A stretch of 64,000 nucleotides of DNA, from the NCBI RefSeq assembly GCF_006345805.1, contig NC_043000.1, positions 99,882,001-99,946,000 on the forward strand, read 5' to 3'. The notes beneath the pieces are model-generated. The model made no database searches and was not told the DNA's origin. It saw only the letters and a program-made list of their open reading frames with translations. Source of the stretch: Octopus sinensis. Its lineage: Eukaryota. A program made the position numbers and the translations under genes. Position 1 is the stretch's first letter; every line of letters starts with the position of its first letter. Shown here one piece after another: positions 1-11,134 of this stretch.

Positions 1-3000
1 AAATAATACATTACCCGAGCAGAGGTAATGCCATTTTAGATCACTGGCTTACAGAAACACAGGTCATCCATAATGCCACGGTGACACAGAGGATTTTTTC
101 AGAACATGACGTAGCAGAACTTTATAATATACATTGCATGGTCCAAGAGAAACTATATATAAACACTCTACCGGACTTATTTGAAATTAATCTAGTTTGA
201 TAATTTAGAAATGTAACTGGAAGTCGATTCAAACAGAATTAGTCTGTAAGTCTCTTTTTAAGCGAGTCAATGACGTATAAATTTATATTAATAATGCAAA
301 CCATTTGCATTTATTTCATTCTAGAAACAAAGTGCAATATTTACAAGAATATAATTCAGAGGAAGGAAACTTTGGAGATGAAGAAGAAAACTTTTCAAAT
401 CGTGTAAACAGGAAACTCAGTGACAGTGAAAAATTCTGCCGAAAAGGAATATTTCCAGAAATAGATAACAAAAATTTTTGAAAATTTTCTGAGAATTTTC
501 ATCAAAATTTTTGAAAAGTTTTTTGAAAATTCTCATCAAAATTTTTGAAAATTTTTCTGAAAATTTCCATCAAAATTTTTGAAAACTTTTGAAAATTGTT
601 ATGAAAATTTATCAAAATTTTTGTAAATTTTTCTGAAAATTTCCATCAAAATTTTTGAAAAGTTTTTTGAATATTTTCATCAAAATTTTGGAAAGTTTTT
701 TGAAAATTGTTTCTGAAAATTTTCATCAACACTTTTGAAAGTTTTTCCAAATTTTCATCAAAATTTTTGAAAATTTTTCTGAAAATTTCCATCAAAATTT
801 CTGAAAAGTTTTTTGAAAATGTTCATCATTTTGATGAACATTTTCAAAAAACTTTTGGAAATTTTTTGAAGATTTTCATCAAAATTTTGGAAAGTTTTTT
901 GAAAATTTTCATCAAAAATTTCTGACAAGTTTTTTGAAAATTTTAATTAAAATTTTTGGAAAGTTTTTGAAAATTTTCATCAAAATTTTTGAAAAAGTGT
1001 TTTGAAAATTTTCATCAAAATTTTGGAAAGTTTTTTGAAAATTTTTCATCAAAATTTTCATCAAAATTTTTGAAAAACTTTTTGTAAATTTTCATCAAAA
1101 CTTTTGAAAATTTTCATCAAAATTTTTGAAAAAGTTTTTTGAAAATTTTCATCAAAATTTTTGAAAAAGTTTTTTGAAAATTTTCATCAAAATTTTGGAA
1201 AGTTTTCTAAAAATTTTCATCAAGATTTTTGAAGATTTTTGAAAAATTTTTTGAAAATTTTCATCAAAATTTCTGAAAAATTTTTTGAATACTTTCATCA
1301 AAATTTCTGAAAAGTTTTTTGAAAATTTTCATCAAAATTTTTGAAAAGTTTTTTGAAAAATTTCATCAAGATTTTTGAAAATCTTTTGAAAATTTTCATC
1401 AAAATTTTTGAAAATTTTCATCAAAATTTTTGAAAATTTTCATCAAAATTTTCGAAAAAGTTTTTTGAAAATTTTCATCAAAATTTTGGAAAGTTTTCTA
1501 AAAGTTTTTTGAAAATTTTTTGAAAATTTTCATCAAAATTTTTGAGAAGTCTTTTGAAAATTTTCATCAAACTTTCTGAAAAGTTTTGAAAATTTTCATC
1601 AAAATTTTTGAAAAGTTTTTGAAAAATTTCAAGTTTTTTGAAAATTTTCATCAAAATTTTTGAAAAGTTTTTTGAAAATTTTTTTGAAAATTTTCATCAA
1701 AATTTTGAAAAATTTTTTGAATATTTTCATCAAAATTTCTGAAAATTTCTGAAAAGCTTTTTGAATACTTTCATCAAAATTTTTGAAAATTTGTTGAAAA
1801 TTTTCATCAAAATTTTGGAAAGCTTTTTGAAAATTTTCGTCAAAATTTTCATGAAAATTTTTGAAAAGTTTTTTGTAAATTCTCATCAAAACTTTTGAAA
1901 ATTTTCATCAACATTTTTGAAAAAGTTTTTTGAAAATTTTCATCAAAATTTTGGAAAGTTTTCTAAAAATGTCCAAGATGTTTTAACATTTTCTAAATAT
2001 TTTCATCAAAATTTTGAAACATTTTTTGAAAATTTCCATCAAAAGTTTTTGAAAATTTAAAAAAAATTTTCATGAAAATTTTTGAAAATTTTTTGAACAC
2101 TAAACTGAAAAGAAAGAGAAACTAGGGTTGTAGAAAATGTAAGAATGAGCCATTGTTTCAAGGAGGTAATTCACTGGCGCAGACCCAAAAAGACTAAATC
2201 AAATATTGAATAAGATATTCAAAAGTCATTTCACCTCTTTCCACCGGGACATATGCAAATAAACAAGGCAGATGTGTTCTTCAATACTGTAACTTCACAA
2301 AGGGAAGCAGAAACCATCAGTTACATCCTCACAATGGAGGAAGATTTAATATTAGTTGGAGATGAAATAAACTCAATAACAGAACTTAACAAGTTCCCAG
2401 CAATTCTCTTAAAAACATGTAAGCAAGCTTTAAATATACTGTTTCGAGTAGATTTCCAATATTCCTTTGCAAGTGGGAAATACCTTAAAAACGAGTAAAC
2501 AGAGTAACTACCAATATTTAAAAGTTTATCTCTCTGACTTTACTTATCGAAAATGTTTTGAAACGAATTATCAGAGGGAAAATGAGTTTTCACTGACACT
2601 TCGTACCGCATCCGAACCTAAAAGAAGTTGCCTTGCACAGATTTAATAGTATAACAACTATATGTTGAAACTCTTAATATGTCGGTGTGCTATATCTCGA
2701 GTTTATGAAGGTTTTCTATTGAGTCGATCCAGAATGATATGTTAAAATACTGATTAGTTGGAAAAGTAGGAGAGTAACTGCATGACATTTTAAGAGACAG
2801 CGGTCAGGCAGTTGCAGCTAATGGTGCTCTCGCAAAGTAAATATTAATTCTAAGCGGAGTTCCCCAGGAACGGGCTTAGGGCCATTATTAATTTTAGTGT
2901 CATTTTAGAGCGATTACTGCCTTTAGTGACTTTCTTTGACATCAGCTAAACAGCAGCCACTCTCACCAGAAACTCATCAGCATGGCCTAATTGCAATATA

Positions 3001-3815
3001 CAAGTGGGTTAAAGAAATCAGCATGCAGTCTAATGCTGGAAAATTTCAAACACTTTGTTATCAGCTTGCAAACAAACACAAAACCAGGAATTATAGAAAT
3101 CTCAGGGGGACCGTCACTGCGTGACCTTCGGGCCATATGAGTAATAATTCATAATTTCATGTACATTTTACTGAGAGGTCAACGACGTGAAGAGGATTGG
3201 TGGTATAGATTTTGAGATAATTCAGAACAAGAAAGTTGGATACCACGCGAATTCTGTAGATGACATTTATTTCCAGCTGTCCAAACTACACAGTATTAAG
3301 CTGAACTTAAATCGATCTAACATTATTACATCAATAAAATTACTTCTGTGCTGCAGGCGAGCTACAAAGAGAAGGTGAAAGACTCAAGGCTCTACACCTT
3401 GGAACAAAGACGAGAAAGATATGCAGAAATTTCTATATGGAAGATCCTGAAAGAGCCGACTCTAAACTTTTATATTGATCGTATACTAATCGGTGATTAC
3501 TGGAGTGTGCTGTAGCCCACACCATACAATCAAATGTTGGAACCAGATATTGCAACCACTGTATATTCAAAGGTATGTGGCTTTTCTATTTGTTGCCAAG
3601 AACATGAGAAATCAACATATAGTGCTAGTAAATTTATTTAAAAAACACCTAAACATTCTACAATCTGAGATCCCGAACGAACTTAAGTCACGACAAAACA
3701 CCAAATTCTATCATTAAAAAATTAGAAACAACTTGAGAAGAAAGGCTGTAGAAATACTAGCAAAAAAAATAGCAGCAACAATGGTGCAATGGTGGTGCCC
3801 CAGCATGGATACGGA
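1..3815 (+). mobile_element. Degraded CR1/L2-like LINE (APE endonuclease C-terminus, RT, 3' end), interrupted by a satellite
   Basis: Frame-broken motifs: SRGNAILDHWLT...IFSEHD (~18-110, APE PTRxxxILDLxLT..SDH), KFPAILLKTCKQAL (~2391-2432), SGVPQ/GTGLGPLL (~2852-2890), AIYKWVKEISMQSNAGKFQ, LFYLL..NMRN..FKKHL..IPNE (~3580-3680). Confidence 0.8.
469..2097. repeat. AT-rich satellite, ~34-35-bp unit (GAAAATTTTCATCAAAATTTTTGAAAAGTTTTTT-like) made of 11-12-bp A-tract/T-tract subunits
   Basis: Direct reading: dozens of degenerate tandem copies containing the palindromes GAAAATTTTC and CAAAATTTTG. Confidence 0.95.
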
Positions 3816-3851
3816 TTCTTTGCCTAGAATTAGTAAAAGAACACACACACA

Positions 3852-4040
3852 TACAAGACGGGTCCGGAACCTGGTGCATATCTTCCTCAAATTGTCCCTG
3901 GGAAGATCTTCAAAAGTCTCCTTGATTTTCGCAACCAGCTCGGCCTTTGTGCTGCAGGCAGAGCGGTTGGTGTCTTTCTCAACCGTGCCCTACACACATA
4001 GTTATCCCAGGGATTACAATCAGTGGGAGTCTAGAGGCTC
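3852..4040 (-). mobile_element. Tc1/mariner transposase C-terminal fragment
   Basis: Minus-strand translation TPTDCNPWDNYV / GTVEKDTNRSACSTKAELVAKIKETFEDLPRDNLRKICTRFRTRL matches the SPDxNPxDY..W catalytic end of Tc1/mariner transposases; frameshifted. Confidence 0.8.
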
Positions 4041-4073
4041 GAAGTTAGGACATTATATATATAAAATAGTCGT

Positions 4074-4215
4074 ATGTCTAAATTTGGTCAACTGTGTTTT
4101 TTTTTAATATTTATTTTTGCTTGCATTAACTGGTTCTTTTGATCCAACTATCAGATGTCAAGATATCAAACAATTGTCAAAGTATAGAACACGATTTTGC
4201 TATGGATTGCCGAAA
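4074..4215 (+). repeat. Unclassified dispersed repeat; second copy at ~28890-29065
   Basis: Shared strings gtcgtatgtc.aaattt, aatatttatttttgcttgca, tcaagatatc..a.aattgtcaaagt, ttttgctatgga. Confidence 0.65.
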
Positions 4216-4305
4216 GTATTTTTTCGTTTTCTGAAAGCGCAACGTCTTGAGTTACGACGCTTTTGCATAAAAGCAACGATATACATACATACATACATAC
4301 ATACA

Positions 4306-4352
<47 letters not shown>

Positions 4353-4377
4353 TATATATATAGACATATATATATAT

Positions 4378-4409
<32 letters not shown>

Positions 4410-4443
4410 ATACATACATATACATATATATATACATATATAC

Positions 4444-4473
<30 letters not shown>

Positions 4474-4474
<1 letters not shown>

Positions 4475-4742
4475 ACAATGCAGCGTGGAAGGTGTTTATA
4501 AGCCATTTAAGAAACACACAAAAGCCGTTCGATTCACTCCAACATTTAAGTTTAATTTGTCAAAATATTTTCGTCGCTAAAATCCGCGACCTGTTCACTG
4601 ACAAAGTCCGTGCTGCATCTCTGAGATGCGGCTTTTGTGTGTTTCTTAAATGGCTTATAAACACCTTCCACGCTGCAATTGTTTTTCGTTTCAGCACACG
4701 ATCTCAGATCAAATTACTTGGTATGCGAGAGTACATCTCCGT

Positions 4743-4745
<3 letters not shown>
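4474..4745. mobile_element. Fold-back cassette (Penelope-terminal type) with a perfect 48-bp inverted repeat
   Basis: 4480-4527 is the exact reverse complement of 4629-4676; the 101-bp spacer holds a hammerhead-like motif. Confidence 0.8.
4556..4605 (-). ncRNA. Minimal type I hammerhead ribozyme, G3-C8 variant
   Basis: Minus strand TTTGTCA-GTGAACA-G-GTCGC-GGATTTTA-GCGAC-GAAA-ATATTT-TGACAAA: 7-bp stem I, 5-bp stem II, palindromic stem III (AAAATATTTT), UUU cleavage triplet. Confidence 0.65.
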
Positions 4746-4793
<48 letters not shown>

Positions 4794-4797
4794 TATA

Positions 4798-4849
<52 letters not shown>

Positions 4850-4889
4850 CATATATATATATATATATATATTATAATAATATATATAT

Positions 4890-4933
<44 letters not shown>

Positions 4934-4975
4934 CTATACATATATATATATATACATATATATATACATATATAT

Positions 4976-5058
<83 letters not shown>

Positions 5059-5090
5059 CATACATATATATATATAATACATATATATAT
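4745..5090. repeat. (TA)n microsatellite; representative of dozens of (TA)n, (TACA)n, (CA)n, (GA)n, (ATCT)n and (AAT)n tracts across the window
   Basis: Direct reading; other large tracts e.g. 12432-12640, 18435-18955, 19147-19320, 22118-22400, 23600-23735, 51415-51483, 52232-52340. Confidence 0.98.
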
Positions 5091-5864
5091 GACACCAACG
5101 ACATCTCCTCAATAAATGAAGAGATACTGAAAGAATTGAAAAGCATAAATTCAAACCTAACAGCAGTGTTAAACAAACTCAACTTAACACCTCGACCTTC
5201 TACACAAACTAACGAGGAAACCGAATCGAATAAAACACCCTCCGAAATATTCGAGAAAGTTGAAAATCTATGCGATACAATGACGACATTCTTCACAAAC
5301 TTTACGAAACAAGAGCAACAAAAAGAAGGAACACATGAGAAGAACCGCAGCAACTTCAACATTACAAATAAAGAACCAAGTCCTCCCCCAATGGAAAACA
5401 CTACAGCGAAACAGAAAATTCGCTTTTTGGAAAATGATACAAAATCAGAATAAAGCAGAGATTTACCAAAAATGGCTAGACTCAAAACCCCTAGTCATAC
5501 CCCGTAAATTACAAATCAAACCCATCTCGGAAGAACCAGAAGAACAAAGAAAACTTAGAGAAAAAATGTCATTAGAAAAAATGAAGATGGAAATAGAACT
5601 ACTTAAGCTGAGAGCTAAAACGAATGAAGAAAAAGTAAAAACCATAGACGAGGAAATCAACGAAGAAGTCATCAAACTAATAGACGACAACAATACTGAA
5701 ACATTAACAGCACTATATGTGAAAAAGAGGAACTTAAGTCCCTCCAACGATGGGAAAAGAGCGCCATCTGGTTTCTAGATTATGAAACCAACTTCAAAAA
5801 TGAACACATATCCAACAACACCTTCATAAAATTAAGCAAATCAAAACCAAATACCAATAGAACG

Positions 5865-6115
5865 GAACAACCACCAAGAAATCCTACCACACTCTACACC
5901 AGAAAAGTACACCTAAAACACACCCCACACTACCTACACCAACCCCAAAACACCTACAGAGGCCCACCACACCAGTTCGAAAATAGACATACCAACAGAG
6001 CAGAACAACCACCAAGAAATCCAAACACACTCTACACCAGAAAAATGCATTTAAAACGCACCCCACACTACTACACCAACCCCAAAACACTTATAGGTCC
6101 CACCACACCATTCCA
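5865..6115 (+). repeat. 138-bp (46-codon) tandem duplication in the PLE 5' coding-like region
   Basis: gaacaaccaccaagaaatcc at 5865 and 6003; unit 1 reads EQPPRNPTTLYTRKVHLKHTPHYLHQPQNTYRGPPHQFENRHTNRA. Confidence 0.9.
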
Positions 6116-6439
6116 CGACCCTAAGAACCACAACATACAATACTATAAAATACAACCCACATAACCAAACCAAAACGCTACTACCAAACATCCACCCCAG
6201 GAACCAACCATACAACCATACACAACAACAAATGCACTACGAGAGGAAACAACTACCAACACAATACACCTGAGGAACTAAGACGTAACACTAGGTTCAA
6301 AAACAGACTCCAGAACAGAGCACCACAAACTCACTCTGACAATTATAACAACATTGAGACAGATAAATAATAGCTTTGAACATAACTACACCAACCATTT
6401 TTTAGACCACACACAGGAACAGGGACACACGATGGCAAA

Positions 6440-8100
6440 GGACAAACAAAAGAAACCTCAGGTAATTAAGATAATCAATCTCTCAAACAAAGAACTTACA
6501 CCTAACGAAATAAGCATACTCTCCAAAGGACTTAAATTTACACCCACCCCACAACGTTCTAATTATTATGAAATGAAAGATGATATTTCGGAATTTTGCA
6601 GAAAACTAAGACTCACCGAGGCATTTCAAGACAAACAAATAGAGGAGGACTCAATAGCTAGAAACAAGAGCAATTACACCCCCACCAAAGGTAAGAATAA
6701 AGCCTTAGACCGCTATTGTGACTACATAACTAATTTCCCGTTTCAATTCATCAAGAAACAAAAACACAGCCCTAACTTCAACAAAAAGAGAATGGAACGA
6801 CCTCACCAAACTAAGAGAAGACAAAACAATAACAATTAAGGAGGCAGATAAGGGAACGCGATAGTAATAATGAATACAAACAATTATAAAAATTTAGTGC
6901 TATCCCTATTAAGAGATGAAACGTATTATGAAAGGCCCAACAGTATAACCAGCAAAATAATGCATAACCTTAGGACATTAATCAACATCACCAACCAAGA
7001 AGGACTCACGAACAAGGAGTATGAATAATCACTAACTTCAAATGCAAATCGAGTTTGTTCTATGGTATCCTAGGTACACAAAAGCCAAACCATTAGAGAA
7101 ACGTGCAAAACATCCACCGACACACTCATCAAAATCCCTTCACCAAATGATCTTAAACTAAGACCGATAATAGCAGGGCCAGCATGTGAACTCACCGCCT
7201 CAGCATTTCTTAGACACACTTCTAAAACCTTTCCTAAAACACATCAAAAGCTACGTAAGAGACGATATAGATATGCTCAACCACCTCCCTAAAACAGTCA
7301 ATGAGAAAACCCTTCTAGTATCATTCGACGTAGTTAATCTTTATTCTAACATCCCTCACAACCTAGGAATAGAAGCAATCACCTTCTGGCTGAATAACTA
7401 CCCCTTTGAACTCCCAACTCGCATAAACAAAGACCTTATAATAGAAGGACTTAGATTCATTTTAGAGAACATTATTTTATTTTTGACAATGATTTCTACA
7501 GGCAAAGATCGGGAACAGCGATGGGCACGCGTACTGCACCATCTTTTGCCAACCTAGTGATGGGATACCTCGAGAAAATACTATACCGGATGACACTCGA
7601 GAAATATGGAAACACCTTCGCCACCTATATCCATAACAACTGGAAAAGATACCTCGATGACTGTTTCATCATCTGGACAAAGGCATAGAGAAACTTGAGG
7701 AATTAAAATTCTATTAAATGGAATAAATGACAATATACAATTCACGATGGACCACAACGAAAAAGAATACCATTTTTAGACATCCTCATTAAGATAACCG
7801 GCAACAAAATAGAGACAGATATCTACTATAAACCGACAGACTCTAAACAGTACCTACCCTTGATTCATGCCACCCACGACACACTAGAATGAATGCCTTT
7901 TTGTTTAGCTAGAAGGATTTGCACCATAATATCAGACACAAACACCCGACACACACGTCTCCAGGAACTTAGAACCACACTCACAAATAGAAACTATCCA
8001 CACCCCTAATAGACAGTGCAATCCAACGGGTACTTAAATTAAGTATAGAAGACCTGAGACAAACAAAATCAAAAAAGAAAGAACAATTAAAAACCCTTCC
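6440..8100 (+). pseudogene. PLE reverse transcriptase (frameshifted)
   Basis: RT motifs split over several frames (ORFs 6354-6839, 7186-7557, YLDD at ~7648-7660). Confidence 0.9.
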
Positions 8101-8184
8101 TACATCTCTACACACAACCCACTCAACAATGAGGTCTTCAACACCATACTACAAAGCACAGCCCTACTAAAGGGAGACCCAAAG

Positions 8185-8715
8185 ATGAATCGGATCCTCG
8201 AAACACACACCATCATTAAAAGTAAACGGCAACCAAAATCCTTGAAAAGGATTTTAACCCAAGCTACACTGCACTCAACATCAACCACAAAACCAGCAGT
8301 TAGAAAATGTGGAAGGCCCAACTGCGGAATCTGTGTCATCTTGAAAGAAGGATCAAAATTTATACTGGAACAAGGCCACCAGTTCACCATTAGAACAAAC
8401 TTCACCTGCGCATCAGAAAACTTAATTTACGTCATAACATGCGCAGGCTGCAATAGGCAGTATATAGGCCATACAAAAAATAGCTTACGTAACAGGATGG
8501 CGGTGCATAAATCACAAATTAGAAACCCTGATTACCGCAAAATACCGGTCAGCGGACACATAGATAGATGTGCTGGAAATGTAAATCCGAAATTTACAAC
8601 TAACCCGCTCTATAAATTCAGTGACAACGCAACCTTCACACAACGCCAAAATAAAGAACTATATTTCATAAAAAAATTTAGACCAAGTTTAAACACCCTG
8701 GGCCAGGAATACTAA
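8185..8715 (+). CDS. PLE GIY-YIG endonuclease domain (open segment of a broken ORF)
   Basis: CGRPNCGIC...NFTCASENLIYVITCAGCNRQYIGHTKNSLRNRMAVHKSQIR...KELYFIKKF..LN. Confidence 0.9.
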   Translation: MNRILETHTIIKSKRQPKSLKRILTQATLHSTSTTKPAVRKCGRPNCGICVILKEGSKFILEQGHQFTIRTNFTCASENLIYVITCAGCNRQYIGHTKNSLRNRMAVHKSQIRNPDYRKIPVSGHIDRCAGNVNPKFTTNPLYKFSDNATFTQRQNKELYFIKKFRPSLNTLGQEY

Positions 8716-8880
8716 AACAAAAGATAAGTCCTCCGAAAAGGAGAACCAAATTGCACCACGCCGCTACTTCAAACAGACACTCACTCTGACGGAAATATGC
8801 CTTAGTAAAAAAGGAAAAAATTCTTTCGTGCAAATCTGACCCTGATACATACGATACAGCTAAGGGTCAGACCCGATTCT

Positions 8881-9251
8881 GATTGGTGAACAAGTTGATG
8901 ACGTCTAGCTCTGCTAGAATGGACAGGATACAAACAGGGGACAGTCATTAGTCAGAATATTGATGACGTCCTTTTCTGCTTGAATAGTCACCTAACAAGT
9001 ACAGACAGGGGGCAGATCTAATGTAGCTATAAGTCGTGATTGGGCAGAATCTGGATGACATCCCGCTATGCTTGACTAACGAAGCGACTGGTCAAGACAG
9101 GAAACAACAAGAGGGAGTTATAATGCAGCGATTGGTCAAAATAATGATGACGTCCCGTTCCACTTGATTAAAGCCACCTAACGAAACGATTGGTCAAAAC
9201 ATTGATGACGTCACGCTACGCTAGATTGACCACCTAACAGGCATTATAAAA
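8881..9251 (+). promoter_or_regulatory. PLE terminal promoter: five CCAAT(reverse)/CRE-like modules and a TATA box
   Basis: GATTGG (or CATTAG) at 8881, 8946, 9038, 9130, 9188, each followed 18 bp later by TGACGTC/TGACATC at 8899, 8964, 9056, 9148, 9206; TATAAAA at 9245-9251. Confidence 0.7.
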
Positions 9252-9293
9252 CCAGCATTTCACAAAAAATCACTAGAACCACCCAGCGAACTT

Positions 9294-9327
9294 CCACCAT
9301 GGGTCATCACAATTGCTTAAGGTAAAA
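9294..9327 (+). other. Candidate PLE first exon: Kozak ATG, 7 codons, splice donor
   Basis: CCACCATGG (ATG 9299-9301), ATG GGT CAT CAC AAT TGC TTA AG|GTAAAA (GT at 9322-9323), ~50 bp after the TATA box. Confidence 0.55.
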
Positions 9328-9577
9328 ATGAATTCCTCGCTCTTTCGGAAACATCAATCTTCTGTATTGACCGCTTTCCACCACTTTGATCTGTTTTTTG
9401 TATTGAATACGTATCGCCACCGTGGGCCACTGCATCGAACACTTTGAACATATACTTCAAACTATATATCAACTATACATGAACTATATATCAACTATAC
9501 ATGAACTCTAAGATGTCTGACTCCGTTGTGTATTATAAATGAATTTCTTGTGTTTGACGGCATGAGCTGTCTCTTTT

Positions 9578-9635
9578 TATACATAACTTTTTTGATAAGG
9601 TTCATTTCAGGAACTGAAACATGTTATAATGTATA
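9578..9635 (+). ncRNA. Degenerate minimal hammerhead, U3-A8 variant, at the PLE 3' terminus
   Basis: TTGATAA(9592-9598)-GGTTC-ATTTCAG-GAACT-GAAA-CATGTT: palindromic AACATGTT stem III, GUU triplet, imperfect stem I (TATACAT/ATGTATA distal helix). Confidence 0.5.
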
Positions 9636-9694
9636 TATAAAAATTAAAAATTGTATAATACAGCAGCATTTTCGAACTTCATTTTTTACAAATA

Positions 9695-9732
<38 letters not shown>

Positions 9733-10747
9733 AAGATGAAATTGTTAGAAATTTTATCAGTGGCCAGTATATATAAAAGATCATAAATACAATTATAATT
9801 AAATGCATATTAAAAAAATTCTTCTATGCCCTTAATCATAATGGTGTATATATATGTATGTGTGTATGTATACATACATACATACATACAGTATACATCT
9901 ACATATTGGTCTAGTATAGAAAATAACAGTCACTGTATACGTAACGGTTTAAGGGTTGTAACTCAAACTGACTTAAAATAGAAAAGATTTAGAGTTATTT
10001 CCCTTGGAAATATTTCTCCATTTTTACCTTTATTTTTTTGTGTTTAAAAATAGAAACGATTAATGTTCTAAAATCCTTATAAATGCATGCCAGTGCGTAG
10101 CCATATTCGTTTATGCGTTTATACTTTTTTTTTTTGTAATTCCAGTAATTGTGTACCGGTTATTTAATTTTCTGACCTTCATATTGACCCCAGTTTGTAT
10201 ACGAGCCCGGTGCATATTTTTAAAGTCGATGTTTGAGATAACAGTAAAAGAAAACCGATACACATAAATAAACACATAAATATTCCTCTCCACAGAATAT
10301 ATCCATACTAGATTCACCCTGAAACTATATCCACACTGTTGCACCATCTTTGCTGTGATTATTAGTTTATTAAATTTAATTTCCATGACCTCGCTCACTG
10401 TATTTGGCGAACGAGTGAGATGAACAATATCTCATTGCTTTCTCTGATATGGGTTCAGCTTGTATCTCAGATAAAAAAAAAAATCACTTCAATTTTTTTA
10501 AAATGCATCCACATGACTCATGAATGTCAAAGCGGTGGTGGGATCTGTGCAGGGTACTGAGAAGCTGCAGGATTGAGCCCTAAGAAGCTACAGTATTGGG
10601 TCTTTTCTCTAGATGTAAAAGGAAGGACCTGTGGCACGATAGAGCGGTAGCCAGTTCGGAAGCTTTAAACACACACAAACACGCGTACGCGCGCGCACAC
10701 ACATACGCACACACAGGCAAGCACGCATACCCACACACATACAGAAA

Positions 10748-10905
10748 GGCTTCTTTCAGTTTCCTCTCACTCACAAGGATTTGGTCGGCTCGGAGCTTTC
10801 GTAGAATTGTAAAAGACACCTGTCTAATGTGCCGTGTAGTAGGACTGAATCCATGATGGTACTGCTGGGAAGAAAGCTTCTAACCTGGTTGATGCGCCCG
10901 CGCCT
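10748..10905 (-). mobile_element. tRNA-derived SINE family A, degenerate 5' part
   Basis: Similarity to better copies at 15040 and 47473 (ttctttcagtttcc, actcacaagg, gaagacac, ggactgaa). Confidence 0.65.
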
Positions 10906-10950
10906 ATAGATAGATAGACGCACGCAAATACATATATACGATGTACGCAT

Positions 10951-11007
<57 letters not shown>

Positions 11008-11042
11008 GACAGACAGATAGATAGATAGATAGATAGATAGAT

Positions 11043-11077
<35 letters not shown>

Positions 11078-11102
11078 CTACATACATACATACATACATA
11101 CA

Positions 11103-11132
<30 letters not shown>

Positions 11133-11134
<2 letters not shown>

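Larger units (their letters stand above)
5091..9660 (+). mobile_element. Penelope-like retroelement (PLE), near full length, ORF broken by frameshifts and stops
   Basis: IINLSNKELTPNEISILSKGLKFTPTP, IKEADKG.AIVIM, LRPIIAGPAC, LVSFDVVNLYSNIPH, GTAMGTR.APSFANLVMGYLE, WKRYLDDCFIIW, TDIYYKPTDSKQYL, then a GIY-YIG domain and a terminal repeat-like region. Confidence 0.93.

Noticed and set aside
707-1889. ORFs 707-925 and 1629-1889 (FENF/KIF-rich, LRR- or coiled-coil-looking)
   Set aside because: By-products of the A4T4 satellite; unit length varies by 1-2 bp and breaks frame constantly
8881-9240. Repeat-spacer-like pattern suggesting a CRISPR array (also 37341-37600 and 56346-56880)
   Set aside because: Repeats are degenerate, spacers are homologous to each other, no cas genes, eukaryotic TE context
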